Shown in pieces: positions 1 through 8,416 of a stretch of 34,916 nucleotides of DNA. The stretch lies in the IMG/VR virus record IMGVR_UViG_3300017784_004349, positions 1 to 34,916 of that record. One strand, given 5' to 3'. The notes under the pieces are model-generated. The model was not told the origin of the DNA, did not search any database, and worked only from the letters and a program-made list of their open reading frames with translations. The DNA comes from a virus. Taxonomy: Duplodnaviria > Caudoviricetes. Position 1 is the stretch's first letter. Every line of letters starts with the position of its first letter. The position numbers and the translations under genes are program-made.

Positions 1-123
1 AAACAAACTATCGAGGACTACTCTGAGGCTGCTTCTGATTCTCAAAAATCGGTAGCCGACCTTGTTTTAATTGATGGGTATGAATTGTTTTTGAAATGGT
101 TTCGAAATGCTGTCGCCTATCTT
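1..123. repeat. Terminal direct repeat, copy 1 (assembly overlap of a circular or permuted genome)
   Basis: Bases 1-123 are identical to 34794-34916, and the reading frame is continuous across the junction. Confidence 0.95.
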
Positions 124-3100
124 AAATCTAATGGCTACGCTGAACTTGCACCCACAGCCCCCACTAAGGAGCAGTCTGAAGGCTCAATCACCGCTTCTCG
201 GATGGAGCAGTTTTTCAAAGAAGATAACGCATTTGCGCCCTCTCCTCTTCTGTTTCCTCAGAATGTGGAGCGCGCTAAGACTGCTCACCTTCTTGCTTTT
301 TTGGAATCCAGCAATGATGGATCAAAAGTTTTCAAGTTGATGATTGATCGCGCTCAGTTGCGTCTTTCTCAGGACTTTGAGAACTCCGAGAAGGTTAATC
401 TCCAAGTACGGCCTGTTGCTCGTTACTCCCTAGCTGCCCCGACTGCTGACGGAATCACACCTGTTCCGAACGATCCTTCGCTGGCTTTGTTTCTTAGGGG
501 TGAATTTGCACGTTCTGGAATTACTCTTCCCGATAGTCGGTTGGTGATTGATCACCTTCCTAATCACCCCCACATTGAGGGCTGGTATGATCCTGACGGC
601 ACGATTCACCTGAACTCGTCTGCTCCCTCAATGAAAGACCCCGCTAACGTGCAGCGTGTTATCCGCGAGGAATTTAAGCACAGCATTCTTAACACCCCCC
701 AAGGCAGGGAGCGGATCAGGAGGATATTCGGCAAGCTCACTAGGGCTGATATTGCCCTCCTTCAAAAAGACTACCGTCAAGGCCACCGTGAGAGCCTTGA
801 TGACTACCTGAATCGGTTGGCGGACGAGTTTATTGCTAAGCATTCCCGTCTTAAAACGGGCTTGTGGAGCAATCTCACTTTGCGGATTAAGAATCTCCTT
901 GAGGGACTTGGTGTTCGTGATATGACACTTGCTGAATCCGCTGACGCTATTCATCTGGCTCTTAATCTGGACGGGTTTGGCGGCTCTTCGGGTCGTCTGA
1001 CGCTTAAATCGATGGTTGGTGGTTCTGGCCGTTTGTCACGGATGCTTACACCGACCAGCGGTTTGGGGGCTAAGCTTAAGAATATTGTAGATTTAGGCTA
1101 CAGTAACATTGACACCGTTAAGCGTAATGCTCTTTCTGCTCAAAAGAGATTAGGCAGCGCTATTCTTGAAGACTTCGGCGTCCCTTACGAGGATTTGCCC
1201 GACAAGGACAAGGTTGAAATTCTTCGGTATTTGAAAGAATCCAGCGATTCAACTACGTCGCCAATTTTTACTCGCGGCGGCTTTGCTACGGCGACGATGG
1301 ATGAATTGAAATTGGTTCGGAAAGAAATCACAAAGCTTTCTGAAAAATACTATTATCTTGCCGCTCCGTTTCTTGAAAAGAGCATCTTGGACACGATTCG
1401 AGATAACGATTCTTATTTGACGCGCTCGTATCAGATGTTCTCCGATCCAAACTGGGTTGACGACTTGAAGCAGAAGATTGAGGCTGGCACTGACCCGAAG
1501 TTAACCGCTGCTTTTGATGCGGCTATTCTTGATCTGCAACGCGATTCTGTTAATCCCTTGACCCGCGAGGATGCTGCCTTGGAAGTCTACCGCAAGCTTC
1601 ACGATTTATCAGACACAGCTTCTCTTGCTGGTGCTTCATCTTCTTTGGCTGATATGCATGGAGCAACGGTTAAGAGGGAGAGCATTTCAGCCTCTATGAA
1701 AGTCTTGATGGGGGAGGTCACCGATCCGGCTGTAGTGCTTGGCGTTACTATCGGCAGCTTGCAGAGCAAGATAGTTTACTACGAGACGATGAATGCCTTT
1801 GTTGGTCAGGCTTTGGAGGATGGTCTTATTTCTCCGTCTTCCGATAATAACCCTGATCACCTCCACTCCATGCAGTTGTTATCTGGCACGGATCCGTTTT
1901 CCGCATTCAAAACCACCAAGGGCTTCTTGCTGCACGTACAGGAGCTACGCCAAAAGCAGAAGGAGTCATCGGCCCTGCTTGATTTTACTGCCGCCGTAAG
2001 CCGAGTGACTAAAGTTTTTCAGGTAGCTGGCAACCTCGGCTTTGTTGCTCAGCAGTTTTTTGGCAACACCATCTCCCTGACTCAGATGGGTCATTTTACG
2101 TCCGCTTTAAGCCTTCCGTCTGGGACTGTTAAAGTTCTGCGTGATCGGTTCGGCAAATCTTCTGAGGCTGATTTTGCTGAGTTTACCAAGCTTGCTAGCT
2201 ACGGCCTTCTTAACGATAACCAGATGACGCCACTGGTAAAGGCTCGCATTGCTGACTGCGTGATGGGCATTCCTCTTTACGAGCAACTTAACACAATCAA
2301 CAAGTTTCGTGGCGGTGTTGATAATTTTCTGCAAATGCTCGCCTCCGTTGATACGGCTGCGAAGATCATTGCTTTCTACGCTGAAGTCGCCGTTATCACC
2401 GAGGCTTACGCTGATGCTCCACCGGCAGAGCGTCTCAGCGCCGACCAGATCAATCAAGCTGCTTCTGCCCGTGTGAGGGAGCGGATGCCGTCAATCTCTC
2501 GCACTCCGCTTGCGCTTCGGCATTTGGATTATATTCCTTTTCTTGGTCAATTTACCATATTCGCATATCTCTCCTCCTACAACTTGGTGAAGAATATTCA
2601 GTATACACTGCTTGACTTAAAGAACCCACGCATGCGGGCGAACGGGCTTAAGTCTTTGGCGGGCATTGCTGCTAGTGCGGCTATCTCTGGGGGTCTTCTT
2701 AAAGTTGTGCTTCAGGCTATCTTGGGCGCCGTAACCCCCGACGAGGAGAAGGAGTTTATGGATGGCCGCAAGGCTTGGGACAAGGAGAAGCGTTACGTTA
2801 TCTACAAAGGCAGTGATCGTAAAATCAGAGGGTTCAGCTTGGACTCTCTTGATCCTATGAGCAATATGGCGAAAGCTTTTAGCTCCTTTTACAAAGGCGT
2901 GGCTACTGAGGCTAGTTTTGTGGACTCTGTTGTTAGCGCGGTTGGTCAGGTTCTCTCCCCGCTTCTACAAGAGGGCAAGATTACTAAGGTGTGGGGTGAT
3001 ATTCTTCAAGGCGAGGACTCGCTTAATCGCCGGATATGGAACGACTCCGACGGCGGCTTGGACAAGCTGTCGAAGAGTCTTTTACACGTTGGTAAAAACT

Positions 3101-3729
3101 TGTTTACACCGGCATCCATCCGTAAGTTCATTGACGAGATTGGGCCGGTGGCGATTAAAGGCGAGAGGCCCGGTGGCCGTCCGTCAACCTTGACTATGCT
3201 GGTAGTTGGCGAGCTTACTGCGACTCATCCGGAGTATCTTAGCCGCGAGGGAGCAATCCGCCGCCAGATGCGCGATCTACTTGCGACTAATCGGCGTCTC
3301 GGCACGGATTCAACTCGCGGTCTTCTGTCTCGTAGCAAGGAGACTCAGGCTGATGTTGATAAACGGTATGATCAATTCCTTAAAGACCGGCGCCTAGCGT
3401 TTGATAAAGCATCTACATCCATCCGAAGACTGGCTAAGGGTGGCAGGTTTGCCGAAGGAAGACTGTTTGAGCTTGGCAAGCAGTCCGACCTTAGCTTTGC
3501 GAGTGTTCGCGCATTGCTGACTGGGGAGCAGGCGGATTACCGACTTTCTCTTGAAGCGCAAGACGACATCAGGCAGCTTAACGCTATGCGCGACTTTACT
3601 AACCCCCTGCCTACAAACTTGAAGAAGGAGTTCCGCGCTGTTGATCGCAGCACTCCTCTTAACTTATACTCCCGTATAAAAACTCAAAGCGAGAGGGAGC
3701 ATAATCTTTATCGGAAGATGAACAATTAG
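1..3729 (+). CDS. C-terminal part of the giant polyvalent internal virion (ejection) protein, continuing from 29334; degenerate zincin-like domain and helical LPD-type C-terminus
   Basis: Position 1 equals 34794, which is in frame with ATG 29334. GWYDPDGTIHLN..REEFKH..DEFIAK resembles polyvalent-protein metallopeptidases. It is the last gene of the structural operon. Confidence 0.85.
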   Translation, partial: KQTIEDYSEAASDSQKSVADLVLIDGYELFLKWFRNAVAYLKSNGYAELAPTAPTKEQSEGSITASRMEQFFKEDNAFAPSPLLFPQNVERAKTAHLLAFLESSNDGSKVFKLMIDRAQLRLSQDFENSEKVNLQVRPVARYSLAAPTADGITPVPNDPSLALFLRGEFARSGITLPDSRLVIDHLPNHPHIEGWYDPDGTIHLNSSAPSMKDPANVQRVIREEFKHSILNTPQGRERIRRIFGKLTRADIALLQKDYRQGHRESLDDYLNRLADEFIAKHSRLKTGLWSNLTLRIKNLLEGLGVRDMTLAESADAIHLALNLDGFGGSSGRLTLKSMVGGSGRLSRMLTPTSGLGAKLKNIVDLGYSNIDTVKRNALSAQKRLGSAILEDFGVPYEDLPDKDKVEILRYLKESSDSTTSPIFTRGGFATATMDELKLVRKEITKLSEKYYYLAAPFLEKSILDTIRDNDSYLTRSYQMFSDPNWVDDLKQKIEAGTDPKLTAAFDAAILDLQRDSVNPLTREDAALEVYRKLHDLSDTASLAGASSSLADMHGATVKRESISASMKVLMGEVTDPAVVLGVTIGSLQSKIVYYETMNAFVGQALEDGLISPSSDNNPDHLHSMQLLSGTDPFSAFKTTKGFLLHVQELRQKQKESSALLDFTAAVSRVTKVFQVAGNLGFVAQQFFGNTISLTQMGHFTSALSLPSGTVKVLRDRFGKSSEADFAEFTKLASYGLLNDNQMTPLVKARIADCVMGIPLYEQLNTINKFRGGVDNFLQMLASVDTAAKIIAFYAEVAVITEAYADAPPAERLSADQINQAASARVRERMPSISRTPLALRHLDYIPFLGQFTIFAYLSSYNLVKNIQYTLLDLKNPRMRANGLKSLAGIAASAAISGGLLKVVLQAILGAVTPDEEKEFMDGRKAWDKEKRYVIYKGSDRKIRGFSLDSLDPMSNMAKAFSSFYKGVATEASFVDSVVSAVGQVLSPLLQEGKITKVWGDILQGEDSLNRRIWNDSDGGLDKLSKSLLHVGKNLFTPASIRKFIDEIGPVAIKGERPGGRPSTLTMLVVGELTATHPEYLSREGAIRRQMRDLLATNRRLGTDSTRGLLSRSKETQADVDKRYDQFLKDRRLAFDKASTSIRRLAKGGRFAEGRLFELGKQSDLSFASVRALLTGEQADYRLSLEAQDDIRQLNAMRDFTNPLPTNLKKEFRAVDRSTPLNLYSRIKTQSEREHNLYRKMNN

Positions 3730-3775
3730 CTGAGCCTGCTCAAGGAACAGGTAGCTCCCCGTTTTTTTGTTTTTT
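3730..3775 (+). terminator. Possible intrinsic terminator between convergent gene arms
   Basis: Weak stem (gagcctg..caggtagctc) followed by a long T tract directly after the giant gene stop. Confidence 0.4.
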
Positions 3776-3947
3776 ATTTTCTTCTGTGCTTTGCTTCTTC
3801 TTTGCATTTTCTTGCAAGCTGCGGGTCTGATAGCTGAAGCGCAATAAAGCAAGCTTCCAGTTCAGAGGGGGTGGACGACTTTGTTCTTATGAACTTGTTC
3901 GCCACCCCCCGCCACTCTTCTATCAGCTTGATGTCAGCCTTAGTCAC
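3774..3947 (-). CDS. Hypothetical protein, 57 aa (MTKADIKLIEEWRGVANKF...HRRK)
   Basis: GTG start overlaps the end of the RusA-like ORF; open frame to TAA at 3774-3776. Translated by hand; below the ORF track cutoff. Confidence 0.55.
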   Translation of the reverse strand: MTKADIKLIEEWRGVANKFIRTKSSTPSELEACFIALQLSDPQLARKCKEEAKHRRK

Positions 3948-4305
3948 CTTGCTTTACTTCTATTTCCGTTCTTTCTTCTTCGCGTGTTTTGACTTTGACT
4001 TGTCGGGCGAATATCTCAATGTCATTGTTTGTGTCGTCTCGTATGACGCTTTTGTAGCGCAAGCCGTCGATGTGATACTTGATGCAGAGGTTGTCTGGGT
4101 CGAGGAGCCTAACGCGATAGCTAGTGATTGTGACACTGCGGCGTGGATCTCGTCCCTCAACTTCTTTCTCGACCAGTGGTTCATTGCGAATAATCGGTTC
4201 AGGCTTGGCGCAGGCGGGCCGAATACGATTAGCTTTATCGGCAACTTGATCGGCATGGGCGCGTCTTCTGTTTTCATAATTTATTAACCATTCTTTTGTG
4301 AACAT
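3940..4305 (-). CDS. rusA: RusA-like Holliday junction resolvase, catalytic C-terminal motifs
   Basis: VTITSYRVRLLDPDNLCIKYHIDGLRYKSVIRDD matches the RusA DxDN..K..DgL..DD pattern. Confidence 0.75.
   Translation of the reverse strand: MFTKEWLINYENRRRAHADQVADKANRIRPACAKPEPIIRNEPLVEKEVEGRDPRRSVTITSYRVRLLDPDNLCIKYHIDGLRYKSVIRDDTNNDIEIFARQVKVKTREEERTEIEVKQGD
3960..4277 (-). CDS. Overlapping ORF carrying a RusA N-terminal-like motif
   Basis: IKLIVFGPPAPSLNRLFAMNHWSRKKLR matches the PS.N...HW..R.K start of phage RusA proteins. It has its own ATG in an AT-rich context. Confidence 0.55.
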   Translation of the reverse strand: MKTEDAPMPIKLPIKLIVFGPPAPSLNRLFAMNHWSRKKLRDEIHAAVSQSLAIALGSSTQTTSASSITSTACATKASYETTQTMTLRYSPDKSKSKHAKKKERK

Positions 4306-4314
4306 ATGTTTTCA

Positions 4315-4575
4315 TTAGCTCAAAGCGGCATCCAGAGTGGTGTATCTTATTTGGTAGCTGCTACAGACAACTCTTCCCTTGCGTTCGTTTTTGTGCATTA
4401 CTGAATACCCATTGTTCCTGATGTCGCTTATTCTTGAGTGAACATTGAGCGATCCCGATATTCTGCTGAGACTTCGCATTGCAACCCACTCTCCTTGATT
4501 CCTTAAAAGAGCCATGAGTATTTTTCTGCTCTGCGATTCTCCGCATTTCTTTTCTTTGTATTTTTTCTGTTTCAT
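4315..4575 (-). CDS. Winged helix-turn-helix DNA-binding protein
   Basis: SQSRKILMALL..EWVAMRSLSRISGSLNVHSRISDIRNNGYSV is a typical small phage wHTH. Confidence 0.7.
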   Translation of the reverse strand: MKQKKYKEKKCGESQSRKILMALLRNQGEWVAMRSLSRISGSLNVHSRISDIRNNGYSVMHKNERKGRVVCSSYQIRYTTLDAALS

Positions 4576-4579
4576 ATTT

Positions 4580-5272
4580 TCATTCTGGTTTTATCTGCGT
4601 TCTCCATGACGGCCACTCACACTCGATTATTCCGCCTGTTTCGTTCAGCCTGCTGGCTAGGCTTTTACCGAGCGACTCTATTAACTCTACTGCTTTTTGG
4701 TTTGAGATCAGGATTGTGTTGTTCATGTCTGAGTATCGTTTGTCCAGCAATTCAAAGAGCAGGTTGTTCTCCCACTCTGTATCGCTGCGTCTTCCATACT
4801 CATCCAAGACCAGCAGGTTTGGCTTCCTGAATTGCTTGATGATGTCGATTTCTGTTTGGTCTGTGTTTTTCTTGTAGGTGGATTTGATCGCCATGAACCA
4901 TTCCATTGTGCTGACGTAGAGCGCTGACCTCTGGTGATTTGTGTTTGCCCTCATTAGCTCGACGGCGATTTGCGTTTTGCCTGCACCTCGGTTGCCGACC
5001 AGTGCCGCAAGCAGTCCCTGCCCGCTTTCTATTTTGGCGATGAGCCTTTTCGTTACCAGCCCCCATTCACTATTCCAGTCTAGTTCCCTTGCTGTAGCGT
5101 GTCGCTTTGGCGCATTCCACACCGTCCTAAGTTCGTGGGTTTTCCGGCTCCATTCGTAGGCTTTCTCTTCTGCTATCCTGTGCTGGTGCTTCTCAAACCG
5201 ATCTGTTGCCTGATGACTTAGGGCTATTTGGTTCACTGTTGAGTTGAGTATGTTTTTAATTTCTTCGCTCAT
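4580..5272 (-). CDS. DnaC/IstB-like AAA+ ATPase (helicase loader)
   Basis: Walker A GNRGAGKT, Walker B LLVLDEYG, TILISN and SRL motifs, ending in W-P-S-W-R. Likely start MSEEIK at 5272. Confidence 0.9.
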   Translation of the reverse strand: MSEEIKNILNSTVNQIALSHQATDRFEKHQHRIAEEKAYEWSRKTHELRTVWNAPKRHATARELDWNSEWGLVTKRLIAKIESGQGLLAALVGNRGAGKTQIAVELMRANTNHQRSALYVSTMEWFMAIKSTYKKNTDQTEIDIIKQFRKPNLLVLDEYGRRSDTEWENNLLFELLDKRYSDMNNTILISNQKAVELIESLGKSLASRLNETGGIIECEWPSWRTQIKPE

Positions 5273-5325
5273 GTTTTTTTTGCTTGACAACATTTTGATT
5301 TGCCCCCCTTAATATCCCCCCGTCT

Positions 5326-5354
5326 TTCGCCCCTCCGTTGATCGGAGGGGCGAA
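5326..5354. terminator. Perfect 12-bp hairpin between the SSB-like and DnaC-like genes
   Basis: ttcgcccctccg-ttgat-cggaggggcgaa. A T-rich tail is present only on the + side. Confidence 0.5.
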
Positions 5355-5370
5355 GTTTATTTGGTTGGGT

Positions 5371-5673
5371 TTAGAATTTCATTCCTTCATCGTATTCGAA
5401 GGCGCTTTCTTTTTTAGCTGGTTCTTCTGGAACGACGTATGTGTTTTGGTAGGTCGTAGCGTTGCCGATGATTGGCATTCTTTCGTTTGTTTTTTTCAGC
5501 ATTTCATTGTGTTCTTTCGGTGCTGATTGATTTACATAGTGAGATTGACCGAACTTGCTTTCGCCTTTTTTGTATTCCTTGAGGACGAGATCTAAGTAGA
5601 CCCTTCCTGTTTTTTTTGATGTGAACAAAAACTTCTTGTCGATCATTCCCATGTCTATTTTAACTATTATCAT
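5371..5673 (-). CDS. Putative single-stranded DNA-binding protein
   Basis: IIVKIDMGMIDKKFLF..GRVYLDLVL..PIIGNA with an acidic-aromatic C-terminus (EYDEGMKF). Lies next to ERF and the exonuclease. Confidence 0.6.
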   Translation of the reverse strand: MIIVKIDMGMIDKKFLFTSKKTGRVYLDLVLKEYKKGESKFGQSHYVNQSAPKEHNEMLKKTNERMPIIGNATTYQNTYVVPEEPAKKESAFEYDEGMKF

Positions 5674-6769
5674 TTTTGTTTTCCTTTGTGAGTGATGGAT
5701 TGTTTTGTTTGTTTTCCGTGCATCCGGCGAGTAGACTCTCCACCTTATCTTTTAACTCTGCGCCTTTGCATCCAGTCGCTTCTTTAACTGCGTCCTGAAA
5801 TTTACCTTTGGTTACTGTTACGGCGGTCATGAACTGCTCGTTGGTTCCGCCCATCTCATAGAATCTATAGTAGAGAACTTCGGGTGAGTTGATAACCTGT
5901 TTGATTGCTCCAGGTTTCATGATCCACCCGCGCACTTCTTGCCCCGTTTCGATTCTGCGTTTAGCTTCGCTCCTAATGGAGTCGATGATTGACTCTGCTG
6001 CTTCGCACATGTTTAGGTTTTGAGCTAGGTGTTCCGCTGATAGCTCTTCAAGCGCCCCTTTTATTCCCGCTACAGATGCGACTACCTTGCTTGCTTCTGG
6101 GCATCTTGATCTTGCTGGGCAGTATTTGCACTGCGTTTCTCCTGGGATTCTCGGCGCGTTATCAGCTTCGGACTTCTCAATTATTTCTTCGATTTGCTTC
6201 TTGGCTGCGATCAGGTCTTCTTCCGAATACGCCACTATCAATGGGTAGCTGCTAACCATCGGCTGCACGATTGCAACTTTGATTGAGCTTGTTTTTGATC
6301 TGGCTTCCTTCACCAGCACGGCCAATGTTCTAAGCTGTATGTTTTTAGTTACATCTTCGGTTATCCCTCTCCCTGTTTTGAAGTCGATGATTAGCGCCGT
6401 GCTTCCTGCTGCTACTACTAGGTCTGCTTTACCTGAGTATAGTGGGGTTTCAGTTCCGTCCTTATACGCCCACAGTCTTTTTTCTTTTGATACGCTGGGA
6501 AGCTCTTGCTTATCTGATATAGGAAACACTGTTTCAATTATTTCCGCTGCCATTAGTTCGCATTGGGTTGCGATAGCTTCTTCATCTTTGGATACGTCTA
6601 GCCGATTGACTTCCCCGGCAATTACTGCGTGGATTCTTGTGCCTGACGTTGCTTCTTTTGACCTTACTTCCTCGATGCCGATGCTTGCTTTGTGTGATCC
6701 CGGGCATAGCATGAGTCTCTCCATGCTGGATGCGCTGGGGTGGATACCTCTGACATCACTATTTGTCAT
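5660..6769 (-). CDS. Cas4-like PD-(D/E)XK exonuclease (DUF2800-like)
   Basis: SASS..CPGS, GTRIH, GKADLV..IIDFKTG, QLRT and CKYCPARSRCP (Fe-S cysteines). ATGA overlap with the ERF stop. Confidence 0.85.
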   Translation of the reverse strand: MTNSDVRGIHPSASSMERLMLCPGSHKASIGIEEVRSKEATSGTRIHAVIAGEVNRLDVSKDEEAIATQCELMAAEIIETVFPISDKQELPSVSKEKRLWAYKDGTETPLYSGKADLVVAAGSTALIIDFKTGRGITEDVTKNIQLRTLAVLVKEARSKTSSIKVAIVQPMVSSYPLIVAYSEEDLIAAKKQIEEIIEKSEADNAPRIPGETQCKYCPARSRCPEASKVVASVAGIKGALEELSAEHLAQNLNMCEAAESIIDSIRSEAKRRIETGQEVRGWIMKPGAIKQVINSPEVLYYRFYEMGGTNEQFMTAVTVTKGKFQDAVKEATGCKGAELKDKVESLLAGCTENKQNNPSLTKENKNDNS

Positions 6770-7395
6770 ATCTCGTTCTCCTTTGCAAAGCTTGTGATTT
6801 GCTCCCATACTTCCGGCGCAAGTAGTCTGTTAACTATTTTTGCGTCTAGTTCCCTCACTGTTTTAATTCCTTCGGGCCATGCTTTCTTTGAGTAGAGGAA
6901 CTCTTTGATCACAGCTTCTCCTCCCTGTAGCTCTTGGCTTGCTTTTTTGATCAGTGCATCTACCTGATTGTTTGTGTTTACGAACAGTGGCTTGACTGGC
7001 GATGGCCGATCAACTGCTTTTTCCGCATCATCATCGTCTTCGCCGGTGACTCCGCAGATGGAGCACAGTGCGTATCGGCAGGCGTAGGTTATAGCTGATC
7101 CGTATCCTTGCGCGTCTTGTTTGGTTGACGGGACAGGCAGCGGCCCGAACTTCATCTGTTCTCCCGACTCATGGATTAGATACGTCTCACACGCTATCCC
7201 TCCCACGATTGGGATAATGCTCTGGATGACTGTGATGCCTGCCATGTTGAGCGGTTTAATCACTGCTGCTCTCACCGCTTTGAGCGAGGCGTATCTGTTT
7301 TTGAAGTGAGGATTAACCGCATCATACTTTGGGTTTTCCATTACCTCTTGCGCTGCGACTAGTGCTGTCGCTAGGTTTGTGTGTTTGCTTTTCAT
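6766..7395 (-). CDS. erf: ERF-family single-strand annealing protein
   Basis: NPHFKNRYASL, HESGEQM and AQGYGSAITYACRYAL..G.TGEDDDDAE signature. Confidence 0.93.
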   Translation of the reverse strand: MKSKHTNLATALVAAQEVMENPKYDAVNPHFKNRYASLKAVRAAVIKPLNMAGITVIQSIIPIVGGIACETYLIHESGEQMKFGPLPVPSTKQDAQGYGSAITYACRYALCSICGVTGEDDDDAEKAVDRPSPVKPLFVNTNNQVDALIKKASQELQGGEAVIKEFLYSKKAWPEGIKTVRELDAKIVNRLLAPEVWEQITSFAKENEI

Positions 7396-7489
7396 TTTGT
7401 TTTGTTTTTTTTACCGACGTTGTAGGGGTGGTTGCAGAAGCTGGCCATGAATCCGCGCTTGCAGCCCAATCGATTCCAAGCTGATGAGT

Positions 7490-7518
7490 GTTCTATCCCC
7501 ACACTCCAGCCACGTCAA
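7490..7518 (-). promoter_or_regulatory. Sigma70-like promoter for the recombination/replication operon
   Basis: TTGACG-17 nt-TAGAAC on the minus strand in the intergenic gap upstream of erf. Confidence 0.6.
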
Positions 7519-7539
7519 TCCCCCAAATTGTTTTTGTTC

Positions 7540-8142
7540 TTAGGTTTTTTCGACGAGGGTTAAAACGCAAACGCCTGCCGCACGTTCAGTTGAGGTTAAC
7601 TCGCAGTCGTCAATGTAGCCGGTCAGTTCGCTCACGTCGCCGGTTAGGCCGGTAACGTCGCCGCTCAGGTTGCTCACGTCGCCGCTCAGGTTGCTTACGT
7701 AGCCGCTCAGGTTGCTCGCGTTGCCGCTCAGGCCGGTCACGTAGCCGATCAGGCCGCTCACGTTGCCGCGTAGGTTGCTCACGTCGCCGATCAGGTCGTC
7801 AACGTCGCCGATCAGGCCGCTTACGTTGCCGCGCAGGTCGCTCGCGTCGCCGCTCAGGCCGGTCACGTAGCCTTTCAGGTTGCCCACGTAGCCGGTCAGG
7901 TGGCTCACGTCGCCGGTCAGGCCGGTAACGTCGCCTCGCAGTTCGCTCACGTCGCCGATCAGGCCGGTAACGTCGCCGCGCAAGTGCCTCAGGTCGCCGC
8001 CTAGGCCGGTTGCGTAGCCGCGTAGGTCGCTCACGTTGCCGCTCAGGCCGCTCACGTTGCCGCGCAAGCCGGTCAAGTCGCCGGTCAATTTGGATGTGTC
8101 TCCATACAGAGTTTTGGGTTTGAGTTTAAGTTTTGCTTTCAT
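7540..8142 (-). CDS. Heptad-repeat protein with about 24 LxG[DNY]V[ST]x repeats
   Basis: Tandem 21-nt (7-aa) repeats are directly visible, capped by a basic N-terminus and a C-terminal DDCELTSTERAAG segment. Confidence 0.85.
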   Translation of the reverse strand: MKAKLKLKPKTLYGDTSKLTGDLTGLRGNVSGLSGNVSDLRGYATGLGGDLRHLRGDVTGLIGDVSELRGDVTGLTGDVSHLTGYVGNLKGYVTGLSGDASDLRGNVSGLIGDVDDLIGDVSNLRGNVSGLIGYVTGLSGNASNLSGYVSNLSGDVSNLSGDVTGLTGDVSELTGYIDDCELTSTERAAGVCVLTLVEKT

Positions 8143-8153
8143 GTTGTTTTTGT

Positions 8154-8396
8154 TTAGTTATTTTCCGCAATCCGCTCCGCTTTGTTTTGTTCTGCTTCAA
8201 TCTCGGCCTCGTTCCGTTTGAGCAGCGCGTCGAGTCGCCGCTTGATTCCGATGGCTGCGTTTAGAAGATCGATAGCCTCTTTGAAGTCTTCTGGCGATGA
8301 ACCGGCAACCGCTAACGCGCAATAGTGTAGGCGCGCGGTGAGTTCCTGTGCCGACTCTGTTGCTTTTATTAATGCATTCATTTTATGTTGTTCCAT
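8154..8396 (-). CDS. Hypothetical helical protein
   Basis: ORF fits the operon packing; A-rich leader before ATG at 8396 or 8381. Confidence 0.6.
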   Translation of the reverse strand: MEQHKMNALIKATESAQELTARLHYCALAVAGSSPEDFKEAIDLLNAAIGIKRRLDALLKRNEAEIEAEQNKAERIAENN

Positions 8397-8416
8397 TTTG
8401 GTGTGTTGTCTGTAGC

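Noticed and set aside
1-123. Biological terminal repeat marking the physical genome ends
   Set aside because: It falls mid-gene and has the size of an assembler overlap. True ends, if fixed, are more likely near 13.0-13.5 kb.
7425-7490. tRNA-Cys-like sequence (ctgcaa loop, ending in acca)
   Set aside because: No T-loop GTTCRA, no D arm and no acceptor stem.
7600-8090. Diversity-generating retroelement
   Set aside because: No reverse transcriptase and no separate template/variable repeat pair seen in the genome.
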